Source: a bacterium (GTDB lineage Bacteria > Edwardsbacteria > AC1 > EtOH8). Taken from it: 53,664 nt of DNA. Of this stretch, positions 17,357 through 25,564 are shown piece after piece. Position numbers and translations under genes: made by a program. The stretch is from assembly GCA_030655055.1 (NCBI GenBank), contig JAURWH010000011.1, positions 1-53,664 on the forward strand, given 5' to 3'. Under the pieces are notes generated by a model. The model searched no databases, was not told the origin of the DNA, and was given only the letters and a program-made list of their open reading frames with translations. Each line of letters begins with the position of its first letter. The first letter of the stretch is position 1.

Positions 17357-18100
17357 TTATGGCCTTATGGTTGGCGGGAGGGGGATGGTGTTGTCTACGA
17401 TCGGGGTCTCATCAACGGCGGGAGTGGAACTGCCGCCGGCCAGAGCCGCGGCCGCGCCGCCGGCGCCCAGCAGGCCGATGCCTCCCCAGAACCACCATTT
17501 TTTGTAGAGGGGTTTTCCTTCGGAGGCAGGCTTGGGCATGGCCTGAGCCACCGGCTTTTTCTCCGACTTCTGGTCCTGTTTGTTCTCGGCTTTTTGGGCC
17601 TTCTGGTCCGTGGTCACCGAGTTGGCCAGGGTGTAGGCCACGGTCTTCATGGTGCTGGTCAGCAGCTTGTCTATCTCTCCGGTGTAGTCCTCGGTGACGC
17701 TGCGCTCGATCCGGCCGGTCTTGACGTCTATCATCCTCAAGTTCACGGTATAGGTCTTGCCCACCCTGCCCAGGGAGCCGCCGATGATCTTCTGGACCCC
17801 GATCATCTGGCCGATCTCCACCGCGCAGGCGTCGGTGTTGCAGGCCCCGCTCTGCTGAAAACCCTGTTCCTTAAGCACGTCCTGCATCTTGCCCCGCTCC
17901 ATCACGTCAAAGGCCCCGGTGCGGAAAAGCTCGGTGCGCAGGCGGTCGGAAAGGGCCGAGACCTCGTTCTCGGGCACTCCCTTGGGCTCCATATCCATCA
18001 CCGCCACGCTGGCCCGGGCCTGGCTCTGGGCCACCGCCAGGGAGGCCGTGAACGGCGAAAGCAGGATATTGAGCGCCAAAAATACGGATAACCATTTCAT
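17357..18100 (-). CDS. CsgG/LpoB-like (TolB-N-like fold) secreted protein with a K/Q-rich linker and a C-terminal hydrophobic anchor
   Basis: It has a signal peptide. The pattern VAVMDMEPKGV...LSDRLRTELFRTGAFDVMERGKMQDVLKEQ...IGGSLGRVGKTYTVNLRMIDVKTGRI is typical of that family. C-terminal WWFWGGIGLLGAGGAAAALAGG forms the anchor. It lies 13 nt upstream of the Kelch gene. Confidence 0.5.
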   Translation of the reverse strand: MKWLSVFLALNILLSPFTASLAVAQSQARASVAVMDMEPKGVPENEVSALSDRLRTELFRTGAFDVMERGKMQDVLKEQGFQQSGACNTDACAVEIGQMIGVQKIIGGSLGRVGKTYTVNLRMIDVKTGRIERSVTEDYTGEIDKLLTSTMKTVAYTLANSVTTDQKAQKAENKQDQKSEKKPVAQAMPKPASEGKPLYKKWWFWGGIGLLGAGGAAAALAGGSSTPAVDETPIVDNTIPLPPTIRP

Positions 18101-18160
18101 TGTTGAGTTCGCTCCATTGTGTTTTATTTGCTTTGTAATGTCTTAGAAATACATCTAATT

Positions 18161-18189
18161 ATGATACTATGAAAGAGGATTAAAGTCAA
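18161..18189 (-). promoter_or_regulatory. Sigma70-like promoter (minus strand TTGACT-N17-TATCAT) for the 18100-13742 operon
   Basis: On the minus strand, the -35 is at 18189-18184 and the -10 at 18166-18161. Confidence 0.45.
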
Positions 18190-18235
18190 CAATATTTAAG
18201 ATTATTTTTGACCTAAAAACCGCCTCGGGATAAAA

Positions 18236-18263
18236 TAAAAATCCCGGCATGATATGCCGGGAT
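18236..18263 (-). terminator. Rho-independent terminator after secF
   Basis: AAAAA-ATCCCGGCAT-GAT-ATGCCGGGAT-TTTTTT is symmetric, so it would work on either strand. Confidence 0.8.
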
Positions 18264-18281
18264 TTTTTCTGTAATGGAAAA

Positions 18282-19214
18282 CTATTTCTTGCGCTTGATG
18301 GGGGATTTTATTTCCCAGTCCACCACCAGGCTGGCCACGATAAAGATCGAGGAGTAAGTGCCGATGATCAGTCCGAACAGCATGGGTTTGGTGAAATCGG
18401 ACAGCACCCGTCCCGAGAAAAGCTGCAGGGCGATCAGCACCAGGAAGACCGACACGGCGGTGACCAGGGTCCGGGACAGGGTCTCGTTGATGGACCGGTT
18501 CACCAGTTCGCCGTAGGTCTCCTTGTGGGGTTTCTTGACGTTCTCCCGGATCCGGTCGGCCACCACGATGGAATCGTTGATGGAGTAGCCGAGGATGGTC
18601 AGCAGCACCGCCATCGACTGCATGTTGAACTCCATGCCGGTCAGGGAGATGAAGCCGACGGTGCAGGCCACGTCATGGAACAGGGAGATGATGGCAGCCA
18701 CCCCGAAACGGAAGTCGAACCGGAAGTTAACGTAGATCAGGATGAACAACAGGCCCACCAGTACCGCCCAAAGCGCCTTCAGCTGAAGCTCCTTGCCGAT
18801 CTTGGGCCCCACGGTCTCGTCGCTGTCGACGGTCACCGCATTCTGCGGCAGTTTTTGGGTCAAAGCCTCGGCCATCTGCTGGCCCATGGACCTGTCCTTT
18901 CCCGCCGCGTCGTTCTGGAGGCCGGTCCGGATCAGGAAGGCGTTCTTGATCTTGTCGGTGTCCTTGATCTTCTGGATCTCGGAGATGCTGAACCCGGCAT
19001 CGGACAGCGCGGCCCGGACCTGATCGGTGCTGGCTGGCGTTTGGAAATGCACCTGAAGCAGGGTTCCTCCGGTAAAATCAACCCCCAGCTTAAGGCCCCC
19101 GTGGGCCAGCACCGAAACTATGGCCACCACTGTGATGGCGATGGAAAATATATAGGCTTTATACCGGTTGGGTATAAAGGCGAACTTGGGGATGCTTTTG
19201 AAAATTGAAATCAT
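18282..19214 (-). CDS. secF: Protein translocase subunit SecF
   Basis: 310 aa with LKLGVDFTGGTLLQVHF and six TM segments. It sits immediately downstream of secD. Confidence 0.92.
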   Translation of the reverse strand: MISIFKSIPKFAFIPNRYKAYIFSIAITVVAIVSVLAHGGLKLGVDFTGGTLLQVHFQTPASTDQVRAALSDAGFSISEIQKIKDTDKIKNAFLIRTGLQNDAAGKDRSMGQQMAEALTQKLPQNAVTVDSDETVGPKIGKELQLKALWAVLVGLLFILIYVNFRFDFRFGVAAIISLFHDVACTVGFISLTGMEFNMQSMAVLLTILGYSINDSIVVADRIRENVKKPHKETYGELVNRSINETLSRTLVTAVSVFLVLIALQLFSGRVLSDFTKPMLFGLIIGTYSSIFIVASLVVDWEIKSPIKRKK

Positions 19215-19226
19215 GCTGCTGTCTCC

Positions 19227-20831
19227 TTAAATGTATAGTTTGGACGTGTTCCACCTGACTGTGATCCAGTCAAAGATCAATCTGGTGACCACTACGGCGG
19301 TGAACATCGACACCAACAGGCCGATGATCAGCGAAACGGCGAATCCTTTGACCGGACCGGTCCCGAACCACAGCAGGGCCACCGAGGAGAAGAAGACCGT
19401 GGCGTTGGAATCCAGGATGGTGGTGAAGGCCTTGTCGTATCCGGCCTCGATGGCCGCCCGGACCGTCTTGCCGGCCAGGATCTCCTCGCGGATGCGCTCG
19501 AATATCAGCACGTAGGTGTCAACCGCCATGCCGATGGTCAACGCCACACCGGCGATGCCGGGCAGGGTCAGGGTGAAGCGGAAGGCGGCCATCACCGCCA
19601 GCAGCAGCACTGCGTTCAGCCCCAGGGCCATCACTGCTATCAGCCCGCTCAGGCTGTAATAGGCGACCAGGAACAGGATCACGGCCGCGCCGCCGATCAG
19701 GGTGGCCTTCATGCCGTTGGAGATGGAATCCAGTCCCAGGGTCGGGCCCACCGAACGTTCTTCGATGATCTCCACCGGGGCTGGCAGGGCGCCGGCCCGC
19801 AGGATGATGGCCAGGTCCTTGGCCTGGTCGGGATTGGAGGAGGTGCCCAAGGTTATCTGCCCCCGTCCGTTGGGGATCCGCTCCTGGATGACCGGGGCCG
19901 ACTTGACCACGCCGTCCAGCACGATGGCCAGCCGCCGCTTGACGTTGGCCGCGGTGACCCGGGAGAAGAGATTGGCTGCCTGGCGCACCAGCACAAAGTC
20001 CACATAAAGGCCGCCGGGATTGTCGGCCGTGCCCACCCCCATCCGGGCCTCGGCCAGCGAGGCCCCGGTGATCTCAGGCTGTTTTTTCATCATATATAAC
20101 GGATAGCCCCGGAAGTTCTCGCCGCTGCTCTTCTCGCCCCACAGGAACTGGTAGTCCGGGGGGATGGCCGCGACCACCAGGGGATCGGCCAGCAGTTTTT
20201 CCACCAGGGGCTTGTCCTGCTCCATCACCATCAGTTCGCTGCCGGTGGGGGCCAAAAGCGCGCTGAAGGGCTTGTCCTCAATTCCCAGCATGGCGCTGTC
20301 AGAGGCGATCTTCCGGGTCTTGTCGGACAACAGGGCCTTGTCTATCTTGTCCAGCACCTCCATGGTCACCTTGTCCTCCTGGACCAGTTTGAATTCCAGC
20401 AGGGCGGTGGTCCCGATCAGGCCCCGGGCCCGGTCCTTGTCCACCCCCGGCAGCTGGACCACTATCCGGTCGCTGCCTTGTTTCTGGATGGAGGGCTCGG
20501 CCACGCCGAACTGGTCCACCCGGTTGTTGATGATCTCCAGCGCCCGGTCGGTGGCGTCGGACATCTCCTTTTCGGTGATATCAGACGGTTCCTTGCCCAT
20601 GGCCTTGGCCAGGCCCTTGCGGTTGATCTCCATCACCAGGTGCATGCCGCCCTTAAGGTCCAGGCCCAGGTGGATGGCCTTGGTGTAAAGCCGGTTCAGC
20701 TCCTCGCGGGGCATTTCGGCCTTCTGGGTCTCGGTCAAACCCTGCAGCTTGAATGTGGGGATCAGCTGCCAGATGGCCGCTGCCAAAAGGACCACAGTAA
20801 GCAAGGCTTTCCATAGATTGGCTTTTCTCAT
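19227..20831 (-). CDS. secD: Protein translocase subunit SecD
   Basis: 534 aa with LGLDLKGGMHLVMEI, a large periplasmic domain, and C-terminal TM bundle block LTLPGIAGVALTIGMAVD. Confidence 0.92.
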   Translation of the reverse strand: MRKANLWKALLTVVLLAAAIWQLIPTFKLQGLTETQKAEMPREELNRLYTKAIHLGLDLKGGMHLVMEINRKGLAKAMGKEPSDITEKEMSDATDRALEIINNRVDQFGVAEPSIQKQGSDRIVVQLPGVDKDRARGLIGTTALLEFKLVQEDKVTMEVLDKIDKALLSDKTRKIASDSAMLGIEDKPFSALLAPTGSELMVMEQDKPLVEKLLADPLVVAAIPPDYQFLWGEKSSGENFRGYPLYMMKKQPEITGASLAEARMGVGTADNPGGLYVDFVLVRQAANLFSRVTAANVKRRLAIVLDGVVKSAPVIQERIPNGRGQITLGTSSNPDQAKDLAIILRAGALPAPVEIIEERSVGPTLGLDSISNGMKATLIGGAAVILFLVAYYSLSGLIAVMALGLNAVLLLAVMAAFRFTLTLPGIAGVALTIGMAVDTYVLIFERIREEILAGKTVRAAIEAGYDKAFTTILDSNATVFFSSVALLWFGTGPVKGFAVSLIIGLLVSMFTAVVVTRLIFDWITVRWNTSKLYI

Positions 20832-20949
20832 CGCCTTAAACTAAGCTCCTATCCTTAAGTGATAATGATTGTATTATTGACAGTAAACCATTATTTTAGC
20901 CTAAATTACAAGGTCTTGTCAAGTATAATCGGACATTTCCATTTTACCA

Positions 20950-20978
20950 TTGACATCCCAAATTTATCGTGATATTCT
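20950..20978 (+). promoter_or_regulatory. Sigma70-like promoter (TTGACA-N17-TATTCT) facing the TPR gene
   Basis: -35 at 20950-20955 and -10 at 20973-20978. The implied ~200-nt leader contains a dispersed repeat copy. Confidence 0.4.
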
Positions 20979-20995
20979 TACCGATTAAGTACACT

Positions 20996-21049
20996 AGCCA
21001 CTAAGACACAAAGCATGCCCTGAGCCATGCCGAAGGGTCACTAACTAAG
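20996..21049. repeat. Copy of the dispersed short-period repeat family plus a CCTGAGCnAnGCCGAAGG hairpin module
   Basis: AGCCACTAAGACACAAAGC + GCCCTGAGCCATGCCGAAGGGTCACTAAC. A close relative, GTCCTGAGCAAAGCCGAAGGACACTAAAC, lies at 24911-24939. Confidence 0.6.
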
Positions 21050-21188
21050 AATTGTTTACAATTCCCGATTTACAGTTTGCCGTTTTATATCTTTTCCTGC
21101 CAAGCATGACTTTGGAGCTATTCTTATCCCTTTGGTAAAACCGGAAATTCTTTGTGAAACTGCTTTGACAATAAAGCCCGAAAATCTG

Positions 21189-22355
21189 ATGCACCCCAAG
21201 AAGGAAATAACAGCCGAAGTGGTGGTCAAACTGCTGGTCAACAGCGCCTTGGTCGCCAAACTGCTGACCGACTACCCGGATACGGAGTCCCGGCTTAACC
21301 GGGCGGCAGCCTTGGCCGAAACAGTTGGCCAGGCTGAAATGAAGAACAAGGTTCTGGCCGAAAAGGCGGCGCTGTATTATCTGTGGGGCCGGTTTGATGA
21401 AGGCTTGGAGCTGACCCGGCTGGTCATTTCATCTGAGGTTGTTGACAATCATGAAAACCGGGCCAGCGCTTGGAATACTTCGGGAAACATCCACCTGCGG
21501 CGCTGCAGTTTTAGGTTGGCCGAAGAGTCATTTCTCCAGGCTCTGGAACATTACCAAAAATTAGAAATGGATACCTCGGTCGGCATAGTCAGGAACAACC
21601 TGGCAAATATCCATAACATTCAAGGCAATTATCCCCGGGCGCTGGAACTCTATAGACAGGCGCTTGATTGCTTTGAAAGGCAGAATGACATTTACCGCAC
21701 CGCCCACGTTTTACATTCCATGTCACAGATATTGATGGCCCAGAAAGATATAACCCAGGCCAAGGCTTTATTGATTCGCTCGCTTGCCTTGCGCGAGCAG
21801 GTAAATGACTACCGCGGTATCGTAAACAACCTTTTAACCCAGGTAGGATTGCAAGCGGGGGAAAGGGAGTTCGACAAGGCCCAGGAGTTCCTGCAAAAGG
21901 CTGATCAGATAATAAGCGGGCACGGCCTGACTGATCCCCATCTGGTTACATACCGGCACGGTGAAGCCGGGACTTTGTATTTTTCGGCCGGTCAACACGA
22001 AAAAGCAGAAGAATGTTTTATCCGCCTGATAGATGTCTCGGAAAAGATGAAGATGATGTCGTTTTTATCCGGAGGCTACAGCTGGCTGGGCAAAAACAGG
22101 GTGTTCAGGGATAATAACGATGCCGGAATTTCCCACATCAAAAAGGGCCTTGCTTTGGCCGAATCAAGCGATCTGCCATACGAATTTAAAAATGCCCTGG
22201 GCTGTCTGGTTGAGTGTTATTGTCGTCTGGGCAATAAACCCCTGGCCGAGCAGGCTGCCAGGAATTATACCGCAGAAGCCTTGAAACAGGGAATTTCCCA
22301 GCCGGAGATCGAGGCGGAATTGTTGCAGTTAACGGAACGGCAAAAGAACCAATAA
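21189..22355 (+). CDS. Tetratricopeptide-repeat protein
   Basis: ~389 aa of repeated TPR-like helices (W/Y...G.Y..A...Y..AL patterns, for example NIQGNYPRALELYRQALD). I took the ATG at 21189 inside the ORF that the track opens at 21132. Confidence 0.7.
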   Translation: MHPKKEITAEVVVKLLVNSALVAKLLTDYPDTESRLNRAAALAETVGQAEMKNKVLAEKAALYYLWGRFDEGLELTRLVISSEVVDNHENRASAWNTSGNIHLRRCSFRLAEESFLQALEHYQKLEMDTSVGIVRNNLANIHNIQGNYPRALELYRQALDCFERQNDIYRTAHVLHSMSQILMAQKDITQAKALLIRSLALREQVNDYRGIVNNLLTQVGLQAGEREFDKAQEFLQKADQIISGHGLTDPHLVTYRHGEAGTLYFSAGQHEKAEECFIRLIDVSEKMKMMSFLSGGYSWLGKNRVFRDNNDAGISHIKKGLALAESSDLPYEFKNALGCLVECYCRLGNKPLAEQAARNYTAEALKQGISQPEIEAELLQLTERQKNQ

Positions 22356-22614
22356 CCAAACCCATAACATATAATCACAGGAGCACAGGAAATGCCTCAA
22401 AAAATGAAGGCATTTGAAAACCGTAAGGTTTTCATTAAACAAAATTACCTTGAGACACCTCGCAGCTTGCTGCGAGGTGATTCATTATTTCGCCCGGTTG
22501 GTTCTTGAACAGGGGAACAGCCGGGAAATGGTGGATGCTGAAATAGCCAGGTTACTTTCTGGGGGAATAAATATACAATATCATAAAATCATTTAAAATT
22601 TGAGGAGGGATCAA

Positions 22615-23646
22615 ATGCGCGCCCTGGTAAAAAACGAGCGGGCACCGGGCCTGACCATGATGGATGTACCCTTGCCGGAGATGGGACCCAACGATGTGCT
22701 TATCCGCATTCACAAATCCGCCATTTGCGGCACCGACATGCATATCTGGAATTGGGATCCATGGGCCCAGAAGACCATACCCGTGCCGATGCCGGTGGGG
22801 CACGAATACGTGGGGGTCATTGAGAAAGTGGGCAGCGCCGTCACCGGGTACAAGGGGGGCGAGCGGGTGACGGGCGAGGGCCATCTGGTGTGCGGCCATT
22901 GCCGCAACTGCCGGGCGGGCAAGCGCCATCTCTGCCCCAACACCACCGGCGTCGGCGTCAACCGGCCGGGATCATTCGCCGAATATCTGGCTATCCCGGC
23001 GGAGAATGTCTTCCCGGTGCCGGACAGCATCCCCGACGAGGTGGTCTCGATCTTCGACCCTTACGGTAATGCGGCCCACACCGCCCTTTCTTTTGACATG
23101 GTGGGGGAGGACGTGCTGATCACCGGGGCCGGCCCCATAGGCATCATGGCCGTGGCCATCGCCCGGCACGCGGGCGCATGCAACATAGTCATCACCGACG
23201 TCAATGATTACCGCCTGGACCTGGCCAAGAAGCTGGGAGCCACCCGGGCCGTGAATGTGGCCAGGGAAGACCTGAAGACTGTGATGCGCGACCTGGGGAT
23301 GACCGAAGGATTTGACGTGGGTCTGGAGATGTCGGGTAACGCCGCCGCCTTCCGCAGCATGCTCGATGCCATGCTCAACGGAGGTCGCATCGCGATGCTG
23401 GGGATCATGGGCGAAAATGAGGCCATTGACTGGGGCAAGGTCATATTCAAAGGCCTGTTCCTGAAGGGGATCTACGGCCGGGAGATGTTCGAGACCTGGT
23501 ATAAGATGACCGCCATGATCCGCTCGGGGCTGGATATCAGCCCTGTCATCACCCACCGTTTTCCCATCGAAGAATTCAAATCGGGGTTCGAGGTCATGGG
23601 CAGCGGCAAATCAGGCAAGGTCGTTTTGGACTGGGGGGTGAAATAA
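22615..23646 (+). CDS. tdh: L-threonine 3-dehydrogenase (zinc MDR family)
   Basis: [13 protein letters not shown]...[32 protein letters not shown]...[15 protein letters not shown]...GAGPIG. A GAGGAGGG RBS lies 6 nt upstream of the ATG at 22615. Confidence 0.92.
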   Translation: MRALVKNERAPGLTMMDVPLPEMGPNDVLIRIHKSAICGTDMHIWNWDPWAQKTIPVPMPVGHEYVGVIEKVGSAVTGYKGGERVTGEGHLVCGHCRNCRAGKRHLCPNTTGVGVNRPGSFAEYLAIPAENVFPVPDSIPDEVVSIFDPYGNAAHTALSFDMVGEDVLITGAGPIGIMAVAIARHAGACNIVITDVNDYRLDLAKKLGATRAVNVAREDLKTVMRDLGMTEGFDVGLEMSGNAAAFRSMLDAMLNGGRIAMLGIMGENEAIDWGKVIFKGLFLKGIYGREMFETWYKMTAMIRSGLDISPVITHRFPIEEFKSGFEVMGSGKSGKVVLDWGVK

Positions 23647-23763
23647 GCACCCGCCTGTGAGAGCCAAAGGACTAGGTCAAGGGCTTTGACGCGGACAAGA
23701 AGAGGATGAAACTATAACAGCTCTTCTTGATAAGATAGAAATGGTCGAAGTTGGAACATTCAA

Positions 23764-23791
23764 ACGCCCCGGTTTTCCGGGGCGTTTTTTT
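23764..23791 (+). terminator. Rho-independent terminator after tdh
   Basis: ACGCCCCGG-TTTT-CCGGGGCGT followed by a 7-T run. Confidence 0.85.
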
Positions 23792-23802
23792 GTCTTATAT
23801 TA

Positions 23803-23831
23803 TTGCATTAAAGCCGATATTTTGATATCAT
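23803..23831 (+). promoter_or_regulatory. Sigma70-like promoter (TTGCAT-N17-TATCAT) for satP
   Basis: -35 at 23803-23808 and -10 at 23826-23831, ~85 nt upstream of the ATG at 23915. Confidence 0.4.
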
Positions 23832-23914
23832 TAAGGCTTATATTCTTTCAGTTACCCCGGCTTAAAAAACAAAACCAACCTAACCATAAAATCCAAATTT
23901 TCAGGAGACGCTGC

Positions 23915-24502
23915 ATGGACAACGCCACCAAGATCCAGGACACCACCGCCAATCCCGCTCCCCTCGGCCTGATGGGCTTCGGCATGACCACTATCCTTTT
24001 GAACCTCCACAATGCCGGGTTCTTTGGCCTGGACAGCGCCATTCTGGCCATGGGCCTGTTCTACGGCGGCATCACCCAGCTGATCGTCGGCATCATGGAA
24101 TGGAAGAAGGGCAACACTTTCGGCACTGTGGCCTTCACATCTTACGGCGCCTTCTGGATCACCCTGGTGGGCCTGATGGTGATGCCCAAGCTGGGCTGGA
24201 CCGAGGCCCCGTCCCCGGCCTCAATGGCCAGCTACCTCTCGGTCTGGGGTTTCTTCTCGTTCCTATTGTTCATCGGCACCCTCAGGCTGAACAAGGCCCT
24301 GCAGCTGGTGTTCGGGACCCTGGTGGTCCTGTTCTTCCTGCTGGCGGCGGGCAAGGCCACCGGGAATGCCGCCATCCTTACCTTTGCCGGGTACGAGGGC
24401 ATCGTCTGCGGTCTGTTGGCCATGTACGCGGCCATCGCCCAGGTCTTCAACGAGATGCACGGGAAAGTGGTGCTGCCGCTGGGCCCGGTCAAGATACAAT
24501 AA
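23915..24502 (+). CDS. satP: GPR1/FUN34/YaaH-family acetate (succinate) transporter
   Basis: The [24 protein letters not shown] signature is present with six TM helices. RBS AGGAGA. The ORF-track start at 23741 crosses the tdh terminator and is rejected. Confidence 0.85.
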   Translation: MDNATKIQDTTANPAPLGLMGFGMTTILLNLHNAGFFGLDSAILAMGLFYGGITQLIVGIMEWKKGNTFGTVAFTSYGAFWITLVGLMVMPKLGWTEAPSPASMASYLSVWGFFSFLLFIGTLRLNKALQLVFGTLVVLFFLLAAGKATGNAAILTFAGYEGIVCGLLAMYAAIAQVFNEMHGKVVLPLGPVKIQ

Positions 24503-24534
24503 AACAGTTTTTCTTGCCAAAACTTATTGTTAAT

Positions 24535-24588
24535 GTTCTTTTTCTTTTTTGTGCCGCCAACTAAGAAAAAGAACCAAAAAGAAAAAAG
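24535..24588. repeat. AAGAAAAAG-flavour copy of the dispersed hairpin repeat
   Basis: GTTCTTTTTCTT (24535-24546) pairs with AAGAAAAAGAAC (24563-24574) around a TTTTGTGCCGCCAACT loop. It continues as CAAAAAGAAAAAAG. Confidence 0.55.
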
Positions 24589-24591
24589 CTC

Positions 24592-24732
24592 GTCGCAAAG
24601 AACCATCCGGGCGCTGCGCTTCTCGTTGCCGTCGGGCTTGTCTGAACTCGGGCTTTGGCCAGCCCTCAAACAGGCCAGACAAGCTTTTAACCGCCGTCAA
24701 CTGCGATGCTCACTGATGGTTCTTAACGCGAC
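24592..24732. other. ~140-nt GC-rich imperfect long hairpin (candidate structured RNA or MITE-like element)
   Basis: These arm segments pair: GTCGC/GCGAC, AAGAACCATC/GATGGTTCTT, GCTTGTCTG/CAGACAAGC, GGGCT/AGCCC. The apex is near 24655-24660. Confidence 0.45.
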
Positions 24733-24820
24733 AACCAGGGTTGATACGGGGAACTTGGACGCAGCTTTGATGAGACATTTAGCCGCACATTAGCCGGTAG
24801 GCAGGTTTACTTGATTGCCG

Positions 24821-24849
24821 TTGACTTTGAAATTCACAGATGCTATACT
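24821..24849 (+). promoter_or_regulatory. Near-consensus sigma70-like promoter (TTGACT-N17-TATACT) upstream of acpS
   Basis: -35 at 24821-24826 and -10 at 24844-24849. The ~190-nt leader is occupied by an AT-rich palindromic repeat module. Confidence 0.5.
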
Positions 24850-24884
24850 TTTCTGAATGCTGGCGCTAAAAGGAACCGGGGATA

Positions 24885-25035
24885 ATATCTAAAGGCTAAT
24901 TTCTAAACTTGTCCTGAGCAAAGCCGAAGGACACTAAACAAGCGCTAATACCGAAACACTAAACTTAAAACAGTTTTGAGAATTATCCATTCGTATTTAG
25001 ATATTGTTTAGGGTTTCGAGTTTAGTGCCTGGGAT
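24885..25035. repeat. AT-rich palindromic repeat module in the acpS leader
   Basis: It contains AATATCTAAA/TTTAGATATT, CGAAACACTAAAC/GTTTAGGGTTTCG and the core CTTAAAACAGTTTTGAG (24964-24980). It is related to 10433-10598. Confidence 0.6.
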
Positions 25036-25044
25036 TTGAGTAAG

Positions 25045-25407
25045 ATGGTTCTTGGCATCGGGGCAGATATCGTGGCGGTGGACAGGTTCAGAACGCTTAA
25101 GGACAAGGAGGAATTCCTGGCCCAGGTCTTTTCGCCCGAGGAACTGTCCCGCGCGCCCAAGGCAAACCGGGACCGGTTCTACGCCTCGCTGTTCGCCGTC
25201 AAGGAGTCGGTCTTAAAGGCCCTGGGATGCGGCCTAAGCCAGGGGTCTTTCTGGCACGATATCCAGATCTCCCAGGACATGCGGGCAGTCATCGCCGGAT
25301 CCTTGATGCGATTTGTCCCGGAGGGTTCAAACCCCAAGATCATGGTCAGCCATTCCAGCACCAGGGAATACGCCACGGCCTGCGTAATAATCGAAATTAA
25401 AATATAA
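25045..25407 (+). CDS. acpS: Holo-[acyl-carrier-protein] synthase (4'-phosphopantetheinyl transferase)
   Basis: MVLGIGADIVAVDRF...FAVKESVLKALG...SHSSTREYATACVIIE. Confidence 0.85.
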   Translation: MVLGIGADIVAVDRFRTLKDKEEFLAQVFSPEELSRAPKANRDRFYASLFAVKESVLKALGCGLSQGSFWHDIQISQDMRAVIAGSLMRFVPEGSNPKIMVSHSSTREYATACVIIEIKI

Positions 25408-25482
25408 AAACGAATTTTACTGCGGCAATACTGAACTGACGGAATAATTATGCAGGTGCATTTTAATGTATCGCATTTTTCC

Positions 25483-25515
25483 GGTTTTCTTTTCTTTCCG
25501 TGGTTCTGTGGTAGG
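25483..25515 (-). repeat. Inverted copy of the short-period repeat (CCACAGAACCACGGAAAGAAAAGAAAACC on the minus strand)
   Basis: The plus strand reads GGTTTTCTTTTCTTTCCGTGGTTCTGTGGTAGG, in the acpS-acsA spacer. Confidence 0.45.
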
Positions 25516-25564
25516 TTTCCTAAATAATCCAAAGGAATAAAAATATTAACTTGGGAGAAACAGA

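Noticed and set aside
18249-19208. 319-aa plus-strand ORF opposite secF
   Set aside because: It is antisense to SecF. Its low-complexity D/G/H/Q-rich translation marks it as a shadow ORF.
22414-22596. 60-aa ORF upstream of tdh
   Set aside because: It has a non-ATG start without an RBS and spans several stem-loops. It is more likely leader RNA than protein.
24527-24793. 88-aa ORF downstream of satP
   Set aside because: It begins in a poly-F/K low-complexity repeat and then reads through the GC-rich long hairpin. It has no RBS and no motifs. The nucleic-acid structure explains the region better.
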